From: Octopus sinensis
Taxonomy: Eukaryota
Direction: 5' to 3'
Length of the DNA stretch: 64,000 nt
NCBI RefSeq assembly: GCF_006345805.1
Contig: NC_042997.1
Coordinates: 201,872,001 to 201,936,000, forward strand
How positions within the stretch are numbered: position 1 is the stretch's first letter; every line of letters begins with the position of its first letter. Below the pieces are notes generated by a model. It had not been told where the DNA came from and made no database searches. It was given only the letters and a program-made list of their open reading frames with translations. Positions 36,377 to 46,722 of this stretch are shown one piece after another. The translations under genes were made by a program, and so were the position numbers.

Positions 36377-37470
36377 TAAAGTGATAAGGACATATTAAAT
36401 GATGTAGTTTTGTAAAAAGCTGAAATGGTTAAAGTTTTGACTTGGGGGTTAGATAACCAACCATTATGACTCTGGTTCTTTGGTGCATTTTGCAGAGTTT
36501 ACTTTATTGCATGCATTGAGACCAGGTTGAAGTATTAACTACATCTGTCTCATTGGTCCAGATGGGGGTGAGTTAAGAGTTGTGCATTGCCCCTTCACCT
36601 TTCACTGACTAAGAAAGATAAAATGACCAAAAAAGAACATTAGTTTTGGCCATTGTCAATAAGATCTCGTTATTTACGCTTTATTAGCTAATTGTTACGC
36701 CAATAGTTTGTTGAATTGATTTGTAAGTCTCCAATCACTGACTGTTCCTATCTATAACCACCCTAAATCACTCCTGATCAATATTCTTGTTTAGTTAACC
36801 TTTATATTAAGTGCCTTCATTCTTGAGCCATTTCAGAAAATCTCTGTACCCCACCCTCACACACCACAACTGTTCTTCTCACTGATCTTTTTAAGCTAGA
36901 CATCTAATTTAAGTGCTTACTCATCCATCATTAATTAATTTACAGTTCATTAAATTAAAGCTTGGAAATCACTTTTACTTTATTTGTTATATATATAGAT
37001 GTAGGCGTAGCTGAGTGGTTAAAAAGTTTGCTTTGCAGCCCCATGGTTTCAGGTTCAGTTCCAATGCATAGCATCTTAGATAAGTGTCTTCTATTATAGT
37101 CCTGGGCTGATAAAAGCTCTATGAGTGAATTTGTTAGACAGAAACTGAAAAAGAAGCCCATCACCTGTGTGTGTGTGTGTGTGTGTCTCATTGTTAACAA
37201 TTAGTATGTTTTGTTAAGGTAAACATGACTGTTGTACAAATTGGTATTGTTTCTTTGCAGTCATGCATGAAAAATTATCCAGACAAAAGGAAAATGTCAA
37301 CTAGTTTGAGGGGAGGGATGGCAACAGAATGCAAATGTGGCAAAAGAAAATGTCCCTCATTAATTTTATCAGCCCCAAGCAAACATGAAAAAGTAGGTTA
37401 AAATGGCAACAATAATGATGATGATGATGGAGGGTGTGATGATGATAATCGTAATATATGGAAGTATGCT

Positions 37471-38185
37471 CCTTCGAACATTAGGTCTCACCATGGAAAT
37501 GACTAGAGACCGAGACCTATGGAAGTATGCTGTGCGTGAGAAGACCCGGCAAGACTAGTGAAGCCATAACCCGTGGCCCCTACCTGGGACGTAGTCAGTC
37601 CGCCTGTGCATACCTTCCTGCTTGTGACACTTGTGAAGACCTGTTGAGGCAAATCAAATCAAAGTCAAATCGAATCAAGTCAAACCAAATCAAAATAGAT
37701 GAACATCAATGGAATTTGTATCCTTGTGGTACCAGTGCCAGTGGCACATAAGAAAAAAGAAAACCATCCGAACGTGACCGTAGCCAGTACCGCACCGACT
37801 GGCCTCCATGCTGTGGGCACGTAACAAACACCGTCCGAGCGTGGCCGTCTGCCAGCCTCGTCTGGCACCTGTGTCGGTGGCACATAAAAACACCATCCGA
37901 GCGTGGCCATCTGCCAGCCTCGTCTGGCACCTGTGTCGGTGGCACATAAAAACACCATCCGAGCGCGGCCGTTCGCCAGCCTCGTCTGGCACCTGTGTCG
38001 GTGGCACATAAAATCACCCACTACACTCTCGGAGTGGTTGGCGTTAGGAAGGGCATCCAGCTGTAGAAACACTGCCAGATCTGACTGGCCTGGTGCAGCC
38101 TTCGGGCTCCCCAGACCCCAGTTGAACCGTCCAACCCATGCTAGCATGGAAAGCAGACGTTAAACGATGATGATGATGTTGATGA
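37471..38185 (+). mobile_element. RTE LINE 3' end (last codons plus 3' UTR)
   Basis: Encodes ...LGLTMEMTRDRDLWKYAVREKTRQD*, three VNTR units and a (GAT)n tail; inverted relative to 32510-33150. Confidence 0.93.
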
Positions 38186-38261
38186 TATTTTATCCATTGA
38201 TTTAAAAAAAAAAACTGAGATATAATATTCAATCAGCTTGAACAGTATCAATAAGAGCCGG

Positions 38262-38650
38262 TGTGACTGTCCGGTAAGAAGTTTGCTTCCCAACCAGATG
38301 GTTCCAGGTTCAGTCCCACTGCACGACACCTTGAGCAAGTCTTTCTACTCTAACCTCAGGCCAACCAAAGCCTTGTGAGTGGATATGGTAGACAGAAACT
38401 GAAAGAAGCCCGTCGTATGTATGTGTGTATGTCATTGTGTCTGTGTTTGTCCTCCACCCCACTAGCTAACAATAGGTGTTGGTGTGTTTACATCCCCACA
38501 ACGTTGTTGTTTGGCATAAGAGACTGATAGAATAAGTGTCAGGCTTTGAAAGAAAAATACTGAGGTTGATTCAGTTGATTAAAAAATTTCTTCAAGGCTG
38601 TGCCCCAGCATGGCCACAGTCTAATGATTGAAACAAGTAGAAAATAAAAG
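38262..38650 (+). mobile_element. SINE family A
   Basis: Head, body and tail. Confidence 0.8.
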
Positions 38651-38904
38651 CTGGTTACTAATAGCTTTCTGATATGAAATAGTCTTAGGACGTGAAGAAG
38701 AGTCTGTCGTTGATGATAGATTCCATATTTACAAAGATTATGATTAACAAATGCTTGAATGGTTAGCCTTTTTCTTAGCATATTTCGGTTTTTATTTCAA
38801 TTAATTTTGAAAATAATGTCAAACTTCATAAAATACTTTGTTATTATTAAACTAGTGTTTCAAACATAAATTAACATGAAATGTTAAAGAAAGGTTTTTA
38901 AAGT

Positions 38905-39300
38905 AGAACTCTTTTACTCTTTTCAGTCGTTTGACTGCGGTCATGCTGCAGCACCGCCTTTAGTCAAACAAATCGACCCTAGGACTTATTCTTTGTAAGC
39001 CTATTACTTATTCTATCGGCCTCTTTTGCCGAACCGCTAAGTTGTGGGAATTTAAACACACCAGCATCGGTTGTCAAGCGATGTTGGGGAGACAAACACA
39101 GATACACAAACATACACACACACACACATATATATACATATATACGACGGGCTTCTTTCAGTTTCCGTCTACCAAATCCACTCACGAGGCTTTGGTCGGC
39201 CCGAGGCTATAGTAGAAGACACTTGCCCAAGGTGCCACGCAGTGGGACTGAACCCAGAACCATGTGGTTGGTAAGCAAGCTACTTGCTACACCTATGCCT
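38905..39300 (-). mobile_element. SINE family A, inverted relative to 38262-38650
   Basis: Near-consensus minus-strand copy. Confidence 0.85.
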
Positions 39301-39721
39301 GGAAGTTTTTTTGTTTTCTCTTTCTTTTAATCATAGAACCAGAGACAATCGTAGTTGGATCAGTACCAGAAGGGTTAAAACATATAAAAAGTGTAAGTGA
39401 GGATGATGTCTGTTTTGATTTCGTTGAGTTTTCAAATTTCCTAATTATGTTCTATCTCAGAAGCAAAAGTCTGACAAAAATTCTATAATTTGGCAGATTT
39501 CATGTTTTCTGTCTGTCTCTTCTAATCATATCTAATTTATATCAATAGTGCATATGGAGACATGCATAAAAATAACCCTTGTAATAAGCATATGCTAATT
39601 TCACTGGAATATAAATTCATGTTTGCCACTCAGAAACCAAATTCTTCGATTCAGTATTTTAATTCCCTGTCACATGTGATAAAAATGAAATTCCCATTGT
39701 TCTCCCACTTCAGTTTGAGGT

Positions 39722-40150
39722 ACATTATTATTATTATTATTATTCAGTAGTCTTATTTTTATCATGTGCTTTCACTGCACAACCGAGCACAGCTCTGCGT
39801 TCCTTGGGTATGTGCTGTGGTTTGTTGTGGTGCTCTTATTTTTACTGTATTGAAAGTGTTTTACGTAGGATGTGTGCAGTGCCTAGTAGTGCTATTTTCT
39901 GTATGTTATATATACTTGTTAGTCCTGGTGTTTTTGTTATGTATTTGTCTGAATGTTTATTTATCACACCTGATGCACCTACAATGATAGGAATTGCTTC
40001 TGTTTCTAGACTCCGCATTCAAGTTACCTCTATTTCCAAATCTTTGTATTTTGAAAGTTTCTCTGTTTCTTTTAGAGAAACATTGTCATCTGTTGGTATT
40101 GATATCATTATTAGAAGGCATTTTTTTCTTGGTGATCTCTGACAACTATA
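39722..40150 (-). mobile_element. R4/Dong-like RLE non-LTR retrotransposon 3' end
   Basis: Minus translation VVRDHQEK/CLLIMISIPTDDNVSLKETEKLSKYKDLEIEVT*MRSLETEAIPIIVGASG...IQKIALLGTAHILRKTLSIQ*; 3' UTR and (AAT)n tail. Confidence 0.85.
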
Positions 40151-40164
40151 TCCAGTCTATTGGC

Positions 40165-40165
40165 C

Positions 40166-40205
<40 letters not shown>

Positions 40206-40527
40206 ATACTATTGTTATTTTATGTTTGACTTTTGCTTTGCATTTGTACAAATTGGCTCTAAGTCTCACCCAGAGACCTCAAGAGACAACAGGTTAGAAG
40301 TTCAAGTTGTTATTATGCTTAGGGTGCCATATATTTGGTTTTGTATATAGTGTAGTTCTAGAGAATGTTTAAGAAACCGTAAGAAAATTATGTATTTGTT
40401 TTAAAATTTGAGATTACATAAACAGTATTTTACATAGGCTATGGACAGTGCCAATGAACACTATCTTTTGAATTTCTGCCATTTTGGGGTTTCCTGGTAT
40501 CTGAGCTAGGTAGTAATTAGCCACTTT
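40165..40527 (-). mobile_element. Second R4/Dong-like 3' end (different subfamily)
   Basis: KVANYYLAQIPGNPKMAEIQKIVFIGTVHSLCKILFM* is homologous to the C-terminus above; flanked by (AAT)n on both sides. Confidence 0.75.
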
Positions 40528-40838
40528 ATTATTATTATTGTTATTATTATTATCATCATCATCATTATTATTATTATTATCATCATCATCAACATCATCA
40601 TTATTATTATTCAGGCAATGAACTGGCAGAATCATAAGTACGCCAAGCCAAGTGAAATACTTTCTGCATTTTGTTGTCTTTACATTCTGAGTTCAGATTC
40701 CAACTTTGCCTTTCATCCTTTCGGGGTCGATTAAATAAGTATGAGTGAAATTCTGGGGTCGATGTAATCGACTTCATCCCTTCTCCTAAATATGAAGCCT
40801 TATGCTTCCAGTAGAAAGAATTATTGTTATTTTTGTTG

Positions 40839-40869
<31 letters not shown>

Positions 40870-41619
40870 CAGTAGTAGTATTTGTTGTTGTTTAACCCTA
40901 GGTCAGCCCTGAACTGACAGACCTGTTGTCAAAGGTGTTTCAGTAGTGATCATCCTATCTTTCCAAAGTTACCTCAGAATACATTATTGAATATGATCTT
41001 CCCTTAATGTCGGCTGCACTTAATATGAGGGAGACTCGACTGCTATTTCTAGTAGATTGAGCCACTATCCTAATCTCCATTATGACCCCCACCACATTCT
41101 TATGTCCACTTATCGATGCTATCAGGGATGCATAGTGGATGGGTGAGGGGGGTATCATATCAGCATTATAGGCCCCCAGTGCATTACTGTTTGCTGACAG
41201 TAGGTTATAGCATAGACGGGTTAGCTGCAAGACCCTGAACCCATGTGGCCCTTGGGTAAGAGTACAATGTACCCATGCCCTGAGATGGCACAGTTGAATG
41301 AGACTTTCTTCCCTTTTCTTCTTCTGCGGCCATGTTTTATGGTTGGATACCCTTCCTGCTGCCAACCCTTTTCGAGGCAGTACCATACTTAGTCTCAAAC
41401 TGGGAGACATTTTCAAGGCATCAAAGAATATAGGAATAATTCTACAGCATTTCTTCTAGTTTACTGAACTTTTGTTGTTGTTGTTGAGCTGAAACTAACT
41501 TGTTGAAGCAGAATATTAAAGAAATGAAATTGACGGGAAACACAAGAAAAGGTAAAAGAAATGAAAGATTTTCTTTTAGCCAAGATGGCTGTTCCTTTAG
41601 AAATAAGCAGATTAGGAAA

Positions 41620-42020
41620 CAAAACACTCACACACACACACACATGCAAATACAAACATAATCACACACACATACAAATATATACATATGCAGCAAACAT
41701 GCAAACAAGAACACGACACATATGCACTCATATACACTTTCTTAAACACACACACTCACACACATACACATTCACACACACAAGGACACACAAACACACA
41801 CACATATAAGTTTATACAAATGCAACAAACAAACAAGAACACCACACATATATGCACTCATATACACTTGTTTAAACATACACACATGCACACACTCACA
41901 CACATGCACACACACACACATACAAACATATACAAATGTGACAAACAAGCAAACAAGAACACATCACATATGTACTCATATACACTTGCTTAAATACACA
42001 CACACTCGCACACACACTTG
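41620..42020. repeat. Three ~125-bp CA-rich tandem units
   Basis: CAAACAAGAACAC..CACATATG.ACTCATATACACTT..TTAAA at about 41702, 41830 and 41949. Confidence 0.75.
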
Positions 42021-42023
42021 CAT

Positions 42024-42433
42024 ACACACAACACCACACACACAACACCACACACACAACACCACACACACAACACCACACACACAACACCACACACACA
42101 ACACCACACACACAACACCACACACACAACACCACACACACAACACCACACACACAACACCACACACACAACCCACACACAACACCACACACAACAACCA
42201 CCACACACAACACCACACACACAACACCACACACACAACACCACACACACAACACCACACACACAACACCACACACACAACACCACACACACAACACCAC
42301 ACACACAACACCACACACACAACACACACACAACACCACCACACAAACACCACACACACAACACCACACACACAACACCACACACACAACACCACACACA
42401 CAACACCACACACACAACACCACACACACAACA
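42024..42433. repeat. 14-bp minisatellite (ACACCACACACACA)n, about 29 units
   Basis: Highly homogeneous period-14 array; gives the 14-aa periodic TTPHTQHHTHNTTH / CVVLCVWCC ORFs. Confidence 0.92.
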
Positions 42434-42779
42434 TAACACTCACACAGATATGCAGACACTCACACACAATTTAAGTAAAATTATTTTTGTTATGAAATGT
42501 TGTTCACTCATAAACGTTGCTTCACTACTACTGCTGCTGCTACTACTACTGCTACTACTACTACTACTGTTACTACTACTACTGCTACTCCTGCTGCTAC
42601 TACTACTACTTCGTTCTTAGTTTGTAAGAGCATTTGACTTTATTTGAAATAATTTCAAAGAATTACTACAACATAAATACCAAATGGCTGATGAAGTAAT
42701 GATTCTGCAGGAATTGGTAAATTCCTTTCATTCAAATTCTTCAGATATGTCTACTATTAGAACTACAAAGTTTCTACAG

Positions 42780-42978
42780 AAAGGGAAACCACCAATCCCT
42801 CTGCTTGAAATAATAAGCAAATCTCCCTCAAATCACACTGTACTCTCTTCAAACCAGGAGGGATAAATTTGATAATGTAGTTCTAGATATATTAAAATAA
42901 AGTGGTCATGGATGGAATGCCTTTGACCATAGGTCTACTTGTTCTGGACTGACATAAGTTTAAGCAACAACAACAATT
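42780..42978 (+). repeat. (AAC)n-tailed dispersed repeat
   Basis: TCAAATCACAC...GGTCATGGATGGAATGCCTTTGACCATAGGTCT...AAGCAACAACAAC. Confidence 0.6.
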
Positions 42979-43435
42979 AGAGCAGCTATGTTTGAGTTCA
43001 GTTGGTCAACACAACAGAAAACAACGGTATTTACCTTTTGTGACTGAAGTTGGAGTCTTGTTGAGGTCAATTTTTCCTGTAACCATCCAGAATTCTGTAG
43101 AACTTTTTTGTATTTGGGTAGATTTATTTCTATATTGCCCACAGGAAGCTAAACATAGAGGGGGGCAAACAAGGAGAGACAAAGGGATTAAGTCGATAAT
43201 ATCGACCCTAGTGTGTAACTGGTACTTATTTAATTAACCTCGAAAGGATGAAAGCAAGGTCAACTTCAATGGAGTTATACTTTTGGGAAGACCAGGGTTC
43301 AATTCCTTGTAATTTCATTCACATGGTTCCAGTTTACCTGGGGCTATCATAAAAGACACTTCTTCCAAGATACCTCACAGTGAGACTGAACCTGTGACTT
43401 CATGACTGCCAAGTGAAATTTTAAGTCATTCAGCT

Positions 43436-43664
43436 CTTTTCTCTCTCTCTTTTACTCTTTTAATTACTTCAGTCGGTTGACTGCGGCCATGCTGGAGCAC
43501 CGCCTTTAGTCGAGCAACTCGACCCCGGGACTTATTCTTTGTAAGCCCAGTACTTATTCTATCGGTCTCTTTTGCCAAACCGCTAAGTAATGGGGACATA
43601 AACACACCAGCATCGGTTGTCAGGCAATGCTTGGGGGACAAACACAGACACACAAACATACACG

Positions 43665-43727
<63 letters not shown>

Positions 43728-43822
43728 GACGGGCTTCTTTCAGTTTCCGTCTACCAAATCCACTCACAAGGTGCCACGCAGTGGTTGGTAAGCAAGCTAC
43801 TTACCGCACAGCCACTCCAGCT
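43436..43822 (-). mobile_element. SINE family A with internal deletion
   Basis: Near-consensus; lacks the segment between CTCACAAGG and TGCCACGCAGT. Confidence 0.85.
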
Positions 43823-44208
43823 ATAAACATTCTTTATTTTTTGGTGTTGAGGAAATAGAATTATATATAAAATGATACCAAATGCCTTGAACATCAACAT
43901 TGCCTTATCCTTGTTGTTGTTGTTGTTAATAATACTGAGAATATCTAACAGTTATGGCTGTAAATGTATTTTTGTCATTACTGTATTGATGGTCACTGGA
44001 TTTGTACTAAACTCATTTTGAATTGGGTCCATAACCCCAATTAAACTCAGTTTTAATTGGAACAAACTTCATTTGTTGTGCTAATACTCTTCAATTAAAA
44101 TTCATGAATGTTATAATAATTTCCAATTACCTCTGCCCGTAATTCTAAGACTTTATGCCTTGTTAAAATATCATTAATGCAACAATTTCTGCAGGTGGTG
44201 ATGGTAGT

Positions 44209-44239
<31 letters not shown>

Positions 44240-44697
44240 GTAGTTGCAGAGGATGTAGTAGTGTGAACTGAAATCTAATCTGGCTTCAAAGAGAATGCAA
44301 CAACATCCTTATTTGTATGTGTGTGTGTGTGTGTGTGTGTTGGGAGTAGTGGTTGGAAATGCATTGAATTATTTCTCTCCAAGATTAAGCTGTTGCTAAA
44401 AAGAAATTGCCCCCCCCCCCCAACTTCATTTTTTTTGTTACAAAATTTCTCAGTTGAAAAACGTAGTTTCATTTAATTTTGAAATTAATGAAGTTAGTAA
44501 AATTAACGTTGTCCATAATAAACTTGCATTTCGAACATAAATTAACGCAAAATTTTGATGGTGGGCCTTGAACAAAAAGCTTATATTGTAGAACCAGGAG
44601 CAGTCTCCGGTTGATTGATATCAAAAGGATTGATGATATTACTTTGCTATATCATGTTGCACTTTAGGTATTTATTAAGGACTAACTCAGTAATATT

Positions 44698-45000
44698 CAC
44701 AAGGGGTTTCTGAAAAGCTCCTGGGTATTGCAAAAGGCCTGGTTGGAGGTCCAACCTTCTGAGGTCTTTTACAGGGCTTAGGAAAATTGAAGGACCATTG
44801 CAATGATTGTGTGAATCTAAGAAGGGAATATCATCATCATTGTTTAATGTCTGCTTTCCATGCTGTCATGAGTTGGATGGCTTGGTTGAGGACTGGCAAA
44901 CCAGGAGGTTTGCATCAGACTCCAATCTGATCTGGCAATTAACCAATCCTCCTGTATTTTCTTTTACTGAAAGCCAGGAACTTTCCAGCACCCCCTCATA
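44698..45000 (+). mobile_element. mariner-derived internally deleted element with an RTE-tail insertion (44830-44938)
   Basis: TIRs CACAAGGGGTTTCTGAAAAGCTCCTGG / AAAGCCAGGAACTTTCCAGCACCCCCTCA|TA; retains GLGKLKDHCNDCVNLRREY, resembling the mariner transposase C-terminus. Confidence 0.7.
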
Positions 45001-45547
45001 CTTCCAATTTAGACACAGGGCCAAAAGTTTTGAGAATGAGCTTAGGTGTTACATTCAGCCCCAATACATGACAGGAGGGGTGAAAGCAAAGTTAACCTTG
45101 GTGAGATTTATTCTCAGAATGTAAACGGCTGAAACAAAGAATAACTCAATAATAATGTCATCCGAAACAAAACATTTTCCAAAATAATATTGTATTTCCA
45201 TTATATTAATGGATTATAAATTATATTAATGGAATATACAGGCTTTCTGTTTTTCAACAACTAGACACAGATGTGATTTTATTACACACACCATTGTCTT
45301 TTGCCTTTTGTATTTCTACTCTGGGACAATTCCCTCCTCCTTTTCCAACTTGGTTCTTAGGAATGTCTTCACCAAGTCCAAATTGATGCCAAACTCAGCA
45401 TGCACAGTTGATGTTAATAGAAGTCTAAGTACAGGGGCTCAAACTCTCAAACAGACCACTCATCACACAAGCACACCTGACCAGGTAGGAAAAAGGAAAG
45501 CACTTGTGTCCTGGGTACATTGTATCTTGAAAAAGGAAAGAAAATAT

Positions 45548-45743
45548 TATTTTCTACTTTAGGCACAAGGCCCGAAATTTTGGGGAAGGGGACCAGTATG
45601 CAACTGGTACTTAATTTATTGAGCCCGAAAGGATGAAGAGCAAAGTCAACCTCAGCAGAATTTGAACTCAGAATGTAAAGACAGACAAAATATTGCTAAG
45701 CATTTCACCCGGCATGCTAACGTTTCTGCCAGCTTGCCACCTT
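45548..45743 (-). mobile_element. SINE family B
   Basis: Reverse complement of the 12200 element. Confidence 0.85.
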
Positions 45744-46339
45744 AAGGAAGGCTGGAATGATTTTGGTCATATTTCGGGTAAATCAGTTATTATCTTGACC
45801 AGTACCCCACAACTAAGACATAGGAATTGTCTTAAATCAGAGCCAGACTTGATGACTACTCTGAGTCTTATCTTTTAAAATAAATAATCTTAAATAATGC
45901 TTTATTTTTATAACCAGTTACATAAGATCAGACCAAGTTAGGCTAGTCATGGGTTGTAATTTATAATTTCATAAAGACTGCTCTATAATTTCATTTTGGT
46001 TAAGTGTAATTTTCGTTTAATGTATCTCCAATATATCTTAAGCTGGTTTTTGGTATTCAATGTAAGGATATTATCTGAAAGACTGTCAGGAATCTAATGC
46101 AATATCTTAATTAAATCTGCTTGAATTATCACCTCTCTAGCTTTAGTAGCGAAACGTCTCAGTAAGATGTAATAATTACCCATCGTCTTCTTTATAAAAT
46201 AACGAGTTGAAGCTGGCAGAGATGGCAGCAAACTCAACTCAACTGTTTGACAGTATTTGGTTTTGGGTCTTATGGTATTCAGTTCACATCCCAATTAAGG
46301 CTGTGATACAATTTCAGTTTCATACCTTTTTTTTTTGTA

Positions 46340-46722
46340 TTCATCATCATCATCATCGTTTAGCGTCCGTTTTCCATGCTAGAATCTGGCAGTGTTTCTA
46401 CAGCTGGATGCCCTTCCTAACGCCAACCACTCCGTGAGTGTAGTGGGTGCTTTTTACGTGCCACCCGCACTATTATTATTATTTATTATTTACTTATTTA
46501 AAAAAAAAAAAAACCATCCGAGCGTGGCCATTCGCCAGCTTCGTCTGGCACATAAAAAGCACCCACTACACTCACGGAGTGGTTGGCATTAGGAAGGGCA
46601 TCCAGCTGTAGAAACACTACCAGATCAGACTGGAGCCTGGTGCAGCCCCTGGTTTCCCAGACCCCGGTCGAACCGTCCAACCCATGCTAGCATGGAAAGC
46701 GGATGTTAAACGATGATGATGA
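46340..46722. mobile_element. Two RTE 3' ends in inverted orientation
   Basis: Minus copy 46340-46470 and plus copy 46505-46722 share ~80 bp of inverted sequence. Confidence 0.85.

Noticed and set aside
41896-42620. Long C/V-rich and T/H-rich ORFs (up to 200 aa)
   Set aside because: They are translations of the 14-bp minisatellite and the (CTA)n tract; open in several frames on both strands.
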